Shown here piece after piece: positions 1 to 8,463 of a stretch of 64,000 nucleotides of DNA. The notes under the pieces are model-generated. The model was not told where the DNA came from, did no database searches, and worked only from the letters and a program-made list of their open reading frames with translations. The stretch's first letter is position 1; every line of letters starts with the position of its first letter. A program made the translations under genes and the position numbers. The DNA comes from Eubacteriales bacterium (lineage in GTDB: Bacteria > Bacillota > Clostridia > Oscillospirales > CAG-272): NCBI GenBank assembly GCA_050946195.1, contig JBMNUI010000001.1, positions 2,283-66,282 of the forward strand. The letters are read 5' to 3'.

Positions 1-1
1 C

Positions 2-304
2 GATTATCTCAGGTCGGATATCGTTCAGGTGTCGCACCACGGCTACTCGACATGGGGCAATGATAATGGCGTAATAATGGCATACATGTATATGTTGCCA
101 GAAACCCTGCTTTGGCCGCAGGGGTCTAATGCTTACCCGAACTACAAGACCAAAAAATACAACGTGGTGTTGTTCTCGCCTGAGTATGTTTCCGGAGGGC
201 AGAATCCCAACTTCAAGGAAGTGTATGTAACAGGAGTGCAGGGCGACACGGTCATACTGCCGATACCTTACAGCGTCGGGTCAGGCATAGTGACCAGAAA
301 ATAA
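2..304 (+). CDS. 3' end of an unidentified protein-coding gene (frame open to window edge)
   Basis: The reading frame is open from nt 2 to the TAA at 302-304, and a strong terminator follows 13 nt later. I recognise no family from the ~100 C-terminal residues. Confidence 0.4.
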   Translation, partial: DYLRSDIVQVSHHGYSTWGNDNGVIMAYMYMLPETLLWPQGSNAYPNYKTKKYNVVLFSPEYVSGGQNPNFKEVYVTGVQGDTVILPIPYSVGSGIVTRK

Positions 305-316
305 ACCACAATTTTG

Positions 317-358
317 CGGGGCTGCTGCAGAAAGATCTGCGGCAGCCCCGTATTTTTT
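317..358 (+). terminator. Rho-independent terminator
   Basis: 14-bp stem CGGGGCTGCTGCAG (317-330) / CTGCGGCAGCCCCG (337-350) with one G-U pair, a 6-nt loop, then TATTTTTT. Confidence 0.8.
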
Positions 359-440
359 GTTTTTTGCATGTGCAAAGAAACACGCTCAGATATTAGCTAT
401 ATGTCGCGTGAAATAAAGCGCGCGTTTTTTTGCGAAATAG

Positions 441-546
441 AGTTGTTAGTTTTTGAGGATTCTTAAGGAACTTTTTTCTTACTTAAGTGGGGGTACGGGG
501 GCAAAGCCCCTGAAAAAAGCGGGGGTCCGGGCGCGGAGCCCCGGAG
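441..546 (+). repeat. Copy A of the dispersed modular GC-hairpin repeat family (truncated module 1 plus 2 hairpin units)
   Basis: TTTTGAGGATTCTTAAGGAACTTTTTT followed by GGGGGTACGGGGGCAAAGCCCCTGAAAAAAGC and GGGGGTCCGGGCGCGGAGCCCCGG. The copy ends 1 nt from the ATPase stop codon (547-549). Confidence 0.8.
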
Positions 547-3339
547 TTAATACCCCTTTTTTCCGACAAGGGCGCGCCAGAGCAGCTTGCGGAGGAATTC
601 GGCAGGGAAGACTAAAAGGGAAATAAACATGGTTGTCAGCATTTCGGAGGGGAGCAGCGGCATGGTCCGCAGGACGCTGCCGCCCAGATAGACGAAAATC
701 AACTGCACAGCCAGCACCGAGAACACAATGAAAATAAAAGTGCGGTTTTGGCCGATCCCGGCGAGAAGCCGCAGGCGGTCGGTGCGCGCGTTGAAGCAGT
801 TGAACACAGAGGAGAAAATAAAGAGCGCAAAGAAGGCGGTCATAAGGCAAAGGTTGTCGGGCATAACTCTGAAGCGCGACACAATGACAGGCATTTTCAG
901 GAAGGCAATGCAGAGCGCCACCGTGAAACCGCCGAGGATGACGATTTGGTTTATCATGTAACTGTTGAGTATCGGTTCGTCGCGGCGCTTGGGCTTTTCC
1001 TTCATGTATGAGGACAGCGCCGGCTCACCGGCGAAGGCCAGCCCGCCGAGGGTGTCCATCACAATATTGATCCAGAGCATCTGCACCACGGTGACCGGAG
1101 CGTCGACGCCTATAAAGGGGCCTATCATAGACACACCTACCGCGCAGAAGTTCATGGTAAGCTGAAGTGTGATGAATTTCCGTATATTCTTGAAGATGCT
1201 TCTGCCGTAGAGCACGGCGCGCGATACCGAGGCAAGGTTGTTGTCGAGGATGATTATATCCCCGGCCTCCTTGGCTACCTGCGTCCCGCAGCCCATTGAA
1301 AAACCGATATCGGCGCGCTTGAGAGCCGGTGCGTCGTTGATTCCGTCACCGGTCATCCCCACGACGAGGCCAGCCTCCTGAGCGACTCTCACCAACCGGC
1401 TTTTGTCTGAGGGCAGCGCCCGCGCGAGCACCCCGAGCCGGGGCAGTATTTCCTTGAGCTTCATGTCCGACATTCCGGCAAGCTCGCTCCTGTCAATGCA
1501 GAGGTCAACGCCGCCTCCGAGTATGCCGCAGCGCGCGGCAACAGAGGCGGCGGTCTCACGGCTGTCGCCGGTTATCATCACCACGTGAATTCCCGCGCCC
1601 CGCAACTCGGACACCGCGGCGGCAGCCTCTCGGCGCAGCTTGTCGTCAAGAATCACAAGGCAGACCAGCGTCAGCGCGCCAAAATCCTGCGGCTTTAGCC
1701 CCCCGGTGCCCTCGGCGAGCAGTATTACACGGTTGCCGGCTGAACTGAGTTTTTTTATAAGTCCGGAAATGCCGCGGATATTTGCCGGGGTAGTGCTGCC
1801 GTCGGGGAGGTATGTGCTGCGGATGTAGGGCAAAAGCAGCTCGGGTGCGCCTTTTATCAGGGTGAGCCTTTTGTCGCCGGTTATCTCTGCTGCCGAATAC
1901 TTGCGTACGCTGTCAAAGGGCAGTCGCCGGAGGGTCCGCCAGCCGGAAGGTTTTCGGTTTCCCGCTACGGCGGCAAGCAGCGCGCGGTCGGTCGAGTTGC
2001 CGCCTGAGAGTTGGCCGCCTTCAAGGCTTGCCGAATTATTAAGGTGTGCCGAGATGCAGAAGCGGCTGTACAAAAAGCCGCTTTTTTTTCGCAGGTCGCT
2101 AACCCCGGAGAATTTTGTGCCGTCGCCTGCATATATGTCGCCCACGCTGAGCCGCCCCTCGGTCAGAGTTCCGGTTTTGTCGGCAAACAGAATATTCATG
2201 CTGCCCGCCGCCTCGATTCCGGCTGGATTGCGGACCAGCACATTGTCGCGCACCATGCGCCGCATGTTGGCCGCAAGGACGACGGCTATCATCATGGGCA
2301 GCCCTTCGGGCACCGCTACGACGATCACCGTCAAGGCAAGTGTGAGCGCATGGAGCAGGGACGAAGCCATAAAGCGCCAGTCGGCTAGCTTTTGTAGGAT
2401 TATATCGTACTTAGAGCCGCTGTCTATCACCAGTATGTCAAAAAGATATACCGCGGCGACCAGAGTCGCCATGACATAACCAAGCCTGCTTATCTGCCCG
2501 GCCAGCTTTGCCAGACGGAGTTTTAAGGGGCTGTCGCGCTTTTCCTCCTGAACCTCGCGCGAGATTTCTCCAAGGAAGGTGGAATCGCCGACGGCGCAGA
2601 TGAGCGCCTCGCCCTCGCCCGACATGACAGCGCACCCCCGCAGCACTGCCGAGGGCGCCGCAGGATCAATTCGCCGGTTTGAGGACGGCCTTTTTTCAAC
2701 CTCGCGGTTCTCACCGGTCATAGCCGACTGGTTGACAAACACGGCCCCGCTTATCATAAGCCCGTCAGCCGGGACCTTGTCCCCGGGGGAAAGCAGGACA
2801 ATATCGCCGACGACCACGTCAGCGGTTTTGATTCTTTGAATTTTCCCGCTCCGCCTGACCCGGCAGTATTCCTGACCGGCCTCGGCGTTGAGTCTTTCAA
2901 ATGCGGTCTCGCTGCCGTATTCCGAGATTGTTGAGATAAAGGTGGCAATAAGGACGGTCACTGCAATGCCGACGCACTCGACCCAGTCGCCGCCGCGCAA
3001 TTTTACGATGAGGTTGACGGCAAGCGCGGCAATAAGTATTCTTGTGACCGGGTCCCACATATTTATAAGAAAACGTCTGAAAAAGCTTTTCTTTTTCCTT
3101 TTGCTGAGGATATTCGGGCCGTAAAGCGCTCTTGATTTGGCGACGGCCGCCTCGTCAAGGCCGCCCGGCGAGCCCGCCAGCGCGGCTGTGCCGGCGGGCT
3201 GCCGCCCCGCCCCGTCAATCCCGGCGGGGCGGGGTATACTGTCCCCCGGGGGGCGGCCGGGTCTGCCGGCTTCCGTTGCGGAACAGACCCCCCGGGGGGC
3301 AGCGCCGGGCGGCCACCTGTAGCATTTTTCGTCGTTCAT
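547..3339 (-). CDS. P-type cation-transporting ATPase (Ca2+-ATPase-like, P2 type)
   Basis: Contains the DKTGTLT phosphorylation motif, MITGD, TGDGINDAPALKRADIG, PEGLP and a multi-TM C-terminal half. I placed the start at ATG 3339 (SD GGGAGA upstream) rather than the ORF-track start at 3441. The N-terminal ~70 aa are Pro/Gly/Ala/Arg-rich low complexity. Confidence 0.85.
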   Translation of the reverse strand: MNDEKCYRWPPGAAPRGVCSATEAGRPGRPPGDSIPRPAGIDGAGRQPAGTAALAGSPGGLDEAAVAKSRALYGPNILSKRKKKSFFRRFLINMWDPVTRILIAALAVNLIVKLRGGDWVECVGIAVTVLIATFISTISEYGSETAFERLNAEAGQEYCRVRRSGKIQRIKTADVVVGDIVLLSPGDKVPADGLMISGAVFVNQSAMTGENREVEKRPSSNRRIDPAAPSAVLRGCAVMSGEGEALICAVGDSTFLGEISREVQEEKRDSPLKLRLAKLAGQISRLGYVMATLVAAVYLFDILVIDSGSKYDIILQKLADWRFMASSLLHALTLALTVIVVAVPEGLPMMIAVVLAANMRRMVRDNVLVRNPAGIEAAGSMNILFADKTGTLTEGRLSVGDIYAGDGTKFSGVSDLRKKSGFLYSRFCISAHLNNSASLEGGQLSGGNSTDRALLAAVAGNRKPSGWRTLRRLPFDSVRKYSAAEITGDKRLTLIKGAPELLLPYIRSTYLPDGSTTPANIRGISGLIKKLSSAGNRVILLAEGTGGLKPQDFGALTLVCLVILDDKLRREAAAAVSELRGAGIHVVMITGDSRETAASVAARCGILGGGVDLCIDRSELAGMSDMKLKEILPRLGVLARALPSDKSRLVRVAQEAGLVVGMTGDGINDAPALKRADIGFSMGCGTQVAKEAGDIIILDNNLASVSRAVLYGRSIFKNIRKFITLQLTMNFCAVGVSMIGPFIGVDAPVTVVQMLWINIVMDTLGGLAFAGEPALSSYMKEKPKRRDEPILNSYMINQIVILGGFTVALCIAFLKMPVIVSRFRVMPDNLCLMTAFFALFIFSSVFNCFNARTDRLRLLAGIGQNRTFIFIVFSVLAVQLIFVYLGGSVLRTMPLLPSEMLTTMFISLLVFPAEFLRKLLWRALVGKKGY

Positions 3340-3471
3340 TTTTTCTCCCGTCAATTCTGCTATCCGACTTTGTACAGAATATATATTCACACCGACAGCA
3401 CGAAATGACAGGCTACACGGCCACCTAATCAGCCGAAGCAAACAAAACGACCAAAAACCGGGCTAACACCA

Positions 3472-3509
3472 TGTTATAACTCTTACAATATATGGCTGTT
3501 GTTATAACT
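3472..3509. repeat. Two copies of TGTTATAACT (self-complementary core GTTATAAC) 28 bp apart in a divergent intergenic region; possible operator pair
   Basis: Exact 10-mers at 3472-3481 and 3500-3509, between the ATPase start and the lipoprotein promoter. Confidence 0.3.
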
Positions 3510-3596
3510 ACTGAAATCAATAGACAAAACAAGCCCGCAAACGGAAATTTTCAGCCGGCTGACAGATAAAATTCACACGCAGCCAACACTCCGGCA

Positions 3597-3625
3597 TTGA
3601 CAAAAGCAAAATGTCGCGATAGAAT
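3597..3625 (+). promoter_or_regulatory. Sigma-A-type promoter for the lipoprotein gene
   Basis: TTGACA (3597-3602), 17-bp spacer, TAGAAT (3620-3625), 28 nt upstream of the ATG at 3653. Confidence 0.45.
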
Positions 3626-3652
3626 TATGAAAAAACAAAGGATAATTAACCA

Positions 3653-4750
3653 ATGAAGCGAATTATAACAGCTATTGTTGCCCTCATTCTGCTGGCGTCG
3701 CTTGCGGCCTGCCGGGGGAATGGCGGCAAAGACGAGACCACCACGATGAGTCCCGAAGAAATAATCGAGAGCATCTCAAGGGCACTTGAGGACGGCTCAT
3801 ACTGGACGACTATCAGCAGCGAGCCGGAGCTTTTGGTTGAAGCATATGACAATTACGCCGAAATTACCGGCTGCAAAAACGCAATAGGCAGCATTGTAAT
3901 CCCGGCCGAATACGCCGGCAAGCCGGTAACAAAGATCGCAAACGGCGCATTTGAGGGCATGCTCAACATCACCTCGGTACTCCTGCCCGACAGCATAATT
4001 GAGATAGGCAACCGCGCCTTCATGAGCTGCAGCGGCCTTACCTCGATAAACATACCCGATTCGGTCAAAAAAATCGGACAGGCTGCGTTTTACGGCTCCG
4101 GACTGAAAACCATAAATATCGGCGCCGGGGTGGATGAAATCGGTCAGAACGCCTTCGGCAACTGCACAAAGCTTGAGTCAATCATAGTCTCGGACGCCAA
4201 CACCGCCTATGCCGACGAGTCGGGTGTCCTCTACTCGTTTGACCGGACCGAGCTTGTAAGGTACCCGGCCGGCCGGACCGACGAGAGCTATACCATTTAC
4301 AGTACCGTGACACATGTCCGGGAATTTGCTTTTTCGTATTCGCAGCATCTTAAGTCGGTAACCGTCGGTAATTCTGTTGTCTCGCTCGGCAACTACACCT
4401 TCCTGTCCTGCCAAAAGCTTGAGAATATAAGCCTCAGCCAATCCCTGACATTTATCGGTGCAAATACATTCGACTCCTGCACTTCGCTGACCTCGGTGAC
4501 AATCCCCGAAGGAGTAAAGACCATCGGCTACTTGGACGGCGAGCTTGAATGCGGGGGCAGCTTTATAGGCTGCACGGCGCTGACCGAGGTGAACCTGCCC
4601 TCAACACTTGTCGCTATATACCAGCGCAGCTTTGAGGGATGTACAAACCTTGCCAGGGCAAACTTCGCCGGCAGCGCCGCAGCCTGGGCCGCCATTACAA
4701 TCGGGGAACACAATGAACCGCTGGCCGGGGCTGAGATAAAATTTAAATAA
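3653..4750 (+). CDS. Leucine-rich-repeat (BspA-like) surface lipoprotein
   Basis: Signal peptide with lipobox LLASLAAC. Repeated ~23-aa units of the form I-P-x-S-V-x-x-I-G-x-x-A-F-x-x-C-x-x-L. Confidence 0.7.
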   Translation: MKRIITAIVALILLASLAACRGNGGKDETTTMSPEEIIESISRALEDGSYWTTISSEPELLVEAYDNYAEITGCKNAIGSIVIPAEYAGKPVTKIANGAFEGMLNITSVLLPDSIIEIGNRAFMSCSGLTSINIPDSVKKIGQAAFYGSGLKTINIGAGVDEIGQNAFGNCTKLESIIVSDANTAYADESGVLYSFDRTELVRYPAGRTDESYTIYSTVTHVREFAFSYSQHLKSVTVGNSVVSLGNYTFLSCQKLENISLSQSLTFIGANTFDSCTSLTSVTIPEGVKTIGYLDGELECGGSFIGCTALTEVNLPSTLVAIYQRSFEGCTNLARANFAGSAAAWAAITIGEHNEPLAGAEIKFK

Positions 4751-4809
4751 TCGGTTTTGGACAATAATAACACAGTACCGCCTTAATCTGATTCAAGTAA
4801 ACCTTATTT

Positions 4810-4973
4810 AGCTTTTCGGGGCAGACCGACGGCGAAATTTCTGCTCGGATCGGGTGTCGGATACCGCCCTGTGGCGGTTGGTTTCGGGTTTGTATAACTT
4901 ATTGAATTTGCCGCTTTTCATCCTGTGAAAACAGTGCGAATGTCCGAAATTTAAGTAAATGCCCCGAAAAGCT
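4810..4973. repeat. Perfect 14-bp inverted repeat enclosing 136 bp
   Basis: AGCTTTTCGGGGCA (4810-4823) and TGCCCCGAAAAGCT (4960-4973). The arms resemble the two halves of the TTCGGGGGC...GCCCCCGAA unit hairpin of the repeat family. Confidence 0.5.
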
Positions 4974-4974
4974 A

Positions 4975-5003
4975 TTGCCAAACATGGTATAATAATATAT
5001 AAT
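4975..5003 (+). promoter_or_regulatory. Sigma-A-type promoter for guaB
   Basis: TTGCCA (4975-4980), 17-bp spacer, TATAAT (4998-5003). Confidence 0.45.
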
Positions 5004-5053
5004 ACATCAAATAAAACTGTAAGCTTGTTAAGAATCTCTTTTCGGAGGGCATA

Positions 5054-6565
5054 ATGGCATATTATTACAACGAACCGTCCCGTACCTTCAGTGAGTACCT
5101 TCTCATTCCCGGGCACACTTCGCCGGAGTGTATCCCTTCGAATGTTTCGCTCCGTACGCCGCTGGTAAAATTTAAAAAAGGCGAAGAGTCTTCGTTATAC
5201 CTCAACATCCCGCTCGTATCCGCGATTATGCAGGCTGTCTCGGATGATAAAATGGCTGTTGCACTCGCGCGTGAAGGCGGGCTTTCATTTATTTACTGCT
5301 CACAGCCCATAGAGGATCAGGCTGCAATGGTCGCCCGCGTCAAGGCATACAAGGCGGGCTTTGTAGTCAGCGATTCCAACCTGCGGCCTGATGACACGCT
5401 TGCCGACGTCCTGAAGCTGGTCCAGAAGACCGGACACAACACGATTGCGGTTACCGATGACGGCACGGCGCACGGCAAACTGCTCGGCCTCGTTACCAGC
5501 CGGGACTATCGTGTAAGCCGTATGGCTCCGACCCTTAAGGTCAGGGAATTCATGACCCCGCGCGAAAAGCTTATCACGGCACCCGAGAACACAACCTTAA
5601 AGGAAGCAAACGACATAATCTGGGACAACAAGCTGAATCAGTTGCCGATAGTCGACAGCGAGGACAGGTTGCTCTATCTCGTTTTCCGCAAGGACTACTC
5701 GCAGCATAAGGAAAACCCGCAGGAGCTGCTCGACTCGAAAAAGCGCTATTTAGTGGGAGCCGGTATCAATACCTACGATTATGAAAAGCGGGTTCCGGCG
5801 CTGCTTGAGGCAGGGGCAGACGTGCTCTGCATTGACTCCTCCGACGGGTACACCTGCTGGCAGAAGCATACGCTTGATTTTATCCGCGAAAAATACGGCG
5901 ACAGTGTCAAAGTAGGGGCAGGGAATGTGGTCGACCGCGAGGGCTTCCTTTTCCTCGCCCGCGCCGGCGCCGATTTTGTCAAGGTAGGCATCGGAGGCGG
6001 CTCTATCTGCATTACCCGCGAGCAAAAGGGCATCGGGCGCGGACAGGCCACCGCTCTGATTGAGGTTGCCGCCGCCCGCGACGAGTATTTCAACGAAACC
6101 GGCATATACATCCCGATTTGCTCGGACGGTGGCATCGTGTACGACTACCACATGACGCTTGCCCTTGCCATGGGTGCTGATTTCCTTATGCTCGGCCGTT
6201 ACTTTGCCCGGTTTGACGAGAGCCCTACGTCAAAACTCATGATTAACGGCACATATGTAAAGGAATACTGGGGCGAGGGTTCAAACCGTGCCCGCAACTG
6301 GCAGAGATATGACCTCGGCGACAAGGAAAAAGAAAACCTGTCCTTTGAGGAAGGCGTCGACTCTTATGTCGTCTATGCCGGTCCGCTGCGCGACAACGTG
6401 GCAAAGAGCCTGTATAAGGTCAAATCGACCATGTGCAACTGCGGCTGTACAAATCTGGCTGATTTCCGTAAGAACGCCAAGATCACCCTGGTATCCGCAA
6501 CCAGCATTGTCGAAGGCGGATATCACGATGTAATACTCAAGCAGACAAGCGGGAGCATGACATAA
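5054..6565 (+). CDS. guaB: IMP dehydrogenase
   Basis: 503 aa with a TIM-barrel interrupted by a CBS pair. The catalytic loop reads [15 protein letters not shown] (family consensus GIGPGSICTTR). SD GGAGGG precedes the ATG. Confidence 0.85.
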   Translation: MAYYYNEPSRTFSEYLLIPGHTSPECIPSNVSLRTPLVKFKKGEESSLYLNIPLVSAIMQAVSDDKMAVALAREGGLSFIYCSQPIEDQAAMVARVKAYKAGFVVSDSNLRPDDTLADVLKLVQKTGHNTIAVTDDGTAHGKLLGLVTSRDYRVSRMAPTLKVREFMTPREKLITAPENTTLKEANDIIWDNKLNQLPIVDSEDRLLYLVFRKDYSQHKENPQELLDSKKRYLVGAGINTYDYEKRVPALLEAGADVLCIDSSDGYTCWQKHTLDFIREKYGDSVKVGAGNVVDREGFLFLARAGADFVKVGIGGGSICITREQKGIGRGQATALIEVAAARDEYFNETGIYIPICSDGGIVYDYHMTLALAMGADFLMLGRYFARFDESPTSKLMINGTYVKEYWGEGSNRARNWQRYDLGDKEKENLSFEEGVDSYVVYAGPLRDNVAKSLYKVKSTMCNCGCTNLADFRKNAKITLVSATSIVEGGYHDVILKQTSGSMT

Positions 6566-6594
6566 TCTTTTTTTGGCAGGAGGCTGATATTTTA

Positions 6595-7740
6595 ATGGAC
6601 AACTTAAAATGGGTGGCCGGCTGGGGTGCTTCAATCTCATACATCGCTCAGAACTATGCCGACCATATTGAAGACCAGACCTTCCGTTATGTGATATTCC
6701 CGACCATGAACGCCAAGGCCCTGCGGCTGCACTTCTCCAACCAATACGGGGCGGAGAGCGTGACGGTCGACAAGGTTTACCTTGCCCAGAGGACGACCGG
6801 CGAGTATGTAGACCCGGCGACAAATGCAGAGGTGACCTTCGGCGGGCAGGGAAGCGTGACTATCCCGGCGGGTGGCGAAATTGTGAGCGATGAGGTCCCC
6901 TTTGCCGTTGAGGCCGGGCGGGAATTCTGTGTGAGCATGTATATTGCCGGCCTCACACAGGTAATGACCGGCCATTCAAACAGCGGACCTTATATTACAA
7001 AGTATTTCGGTAAGGGCGACTGGGCGGCAGAAGCCGGCATGCCGCTTGAGGAGTACGGCGAGGGCGGCCCGTATCTCTTCCTGCACACGATTGACTTTCT
7101 GACTTCAGCCGACTGCGCGGCAATTGTTGCCTTCGGCGACTCGATAACCGCGCAGCCCTGGCCCGACTGCCTGGCGCGCAAGATCTATTCGCTGGGAATT
7201 ACCAACCGCTCGATAATCCGCAAGGGAATCGGAGGCAACCGGATTTTGCGCGAGTATAGCTACCGCATAAAGAAACATTGGGGCGAGGCCGGAATAAAGA
7301 GATTTGAGCACGATATTACGCAGGCCGGCGCCGACCGCGTCTTTGTGCTCCACGGGATAAACGACATCATCCACCCCGGGTCAAGATACTGCCCCATGAG
7401 CGAGTTGCCCGACGCCGACGAGATGATTGAGCGGGGATACAAAAAGTACATAGAAATTGCCCGGCGGCAAGGGATGAAGATTTATCTGGCGACACTGTTG
7501 CCCTGCCCGCGCTGCCTTGCCGGCGACGGCGTGCGCGAAGAAACCCGCTGCCGCGTCAACGAGTGGATAAGGGCCACCGACCTGGTCGACGGGGTAATAG
7601 ACTTTGAGCGCGCGGTAATGGACCCCCATGACCACAAGCGTATTGCGCCAGAGTATGACAGCGGCGACCAGCTCCACCCGAGCCTCGCCGGTGCCGAGCG
7701 CATGGCAGACTCTATTCCGCTGGAATTCGTGACCGGCTAA
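6595..7740 (+). CDS. SGNH/GDSL-family hydrolase with an N-terminal beta-rich domain
   Basis: Block I is FGDSIT, block III is GINDI, and block V is DQLHPS. SD AGGAGG. Confidence 0.7.
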   Translation: MDNLKWVAGWGASISYIAQNYADHIEDQTFRYVIFPTMNAKALRLHFSNQYGAESVTVDKVYLAQRTTGEYVDPATNAEVTFGGQGSVTIPAGGEIVSDEVPFAVEAGREFCVSMYIAGLTQVMTGHSNSGPYITKYFGKGDWAAEAGMPLEEYGEGGPYLFLHTIDFLTSADCAAIVAFGDSITAQPWPDCLARKIYSLGITNRSIIRKGIGGNRILREYSYRIKKHWGEAGIKRFEHDITQAGADRVFVLHGINDIIHPGSRYCPMSELPDADEMIERGYKKYIEIARRQGMKIYLATLLPCPRCLAGDGVREETRCRVNEWIRATDLVDGVIDFERAVMDPHDHKRIAPEYDSGDQLHPSLAGAERMADSIPLEFVTG

Positions 7741-7756
7741 AGGCCTCAAAAAGCTA

Positions 7757-7785
7757 TTGACAATTTATGCTCTTTGTGATACAAT
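7757..7785 (+). promoter_or_regulatory. Sigma-A-type promoter of the T-box/gatCAB-aspS operon
   Basis: TTGACA (7757-7762), 17-bp spacer, TACAAT (7780-7785) preceded by TGa (extended -10). Confidence 0.6.
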
Positions 7786-7791
7786 AACGAA

Positions 7792-8033
7792 ATAATGGCG
7801 CTGATGAGAGAAGTAACCCTTATTGTTTGGTTTCAGAGAGCCGCGGGGCGGTGCGACGCGGTACCGGCAGAGGGCGAACAACAACTCGGAGCCGGCGGAA
7901 GAAAGCATCTGGCAAGTAGAACCGCCCGTAGGCAGAGCGTTAATCTGCAAGAGTGAGTTGGCAGACTGCCGGCTAATTTGGGTGGCACCGCGGAAGTCGT
8001 CTTTCGTCCCAACAGGGAAAAGACGACTTTTTT
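7792..8033 (+). promoter_or_regulatory. T-box riboswitch leader (tRNA-sensing transcription attenuator)
   Basis: Stem I base with GA/K-turn motif GCTGATGAGAG...AGTA (7801-7818). AGAGAG and GGTGCGA distal motifs at 7836-7858. Candidate specifier region GAACAACAAC at 7878-7887. Conserved T-box sequence AATTTGGGTGGCACCGCG at 7975-7992. Terminator AAGTCGTCTTT / AAAGACGACTT plus TTTTTT at 7994-8033. Confidence 0.85.
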
Positions 8034-8166
8034 GTTGCCGCTATTGATAGAAATACTTGCAGACGTGGACCCTGCGAAACCGAGAAAGCAAAAGCCCTGC
8101 TGCAAAAAGCATCGGGGCAGACAAGCCCTCAACCGACAAGACAAAATATATTGACGGAGGTATACA

Positions 8167-8454
8167 ATGCGGATAACCAAAGAGTATGTGGAATATGTAG
8201 CCGAGCTGTCAAGAATAAAGCTTGACGATAGCACAACCGAAAAGATGAAAAAAGAGCTCGGGGCGGTCATTGAATATATTGATATTTTGAATCGGCTCAA
8301 TACCGAGGGCGTCGAGCCGATGTCGCATGTCTTCCCGATTACCAACGTCATGCGCGAGGATATAGTCAAACCTTCGTATGACCGGGAGGAGATTCTCAGA
8401 AACGCTCCCGCGCGAACAGACGAAACCCTGGTAGTTCCAATAACTATAGAATGA
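8167..8454 (+). CDS. gatC: Asp-tRNA(Asn)/Glu-tRNA(Gln) amidotransferase subunit C
   Basis: 95 aa with typical GatC length and sequence (KLDDSTTEKMKKELGAVIEYIDILNRLNTEGVEPM). Directly upstream of gatA. Confidence 0.9.
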   Translation: MRITKEYVEYVAELSRIKLDDSTTEKMKKELGAVIEYIDILNRLNTEGVEPMSHVFPITNVMREDIVKPSYDREEILRNAPARTDETLVVPITIE

Positions 8455-8463
8455 GGTGTCGGA

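Noticed and set aside
4751-5053. Possible purine (guanine) riboswitch upstream of guaB
   Set aside because: The predicted promoter (-10 at 4998-5003) leaves only a ~45-nt leader. The conserved purine-riboswitch junction and loop sequences are not present in the 300-bp spacer.
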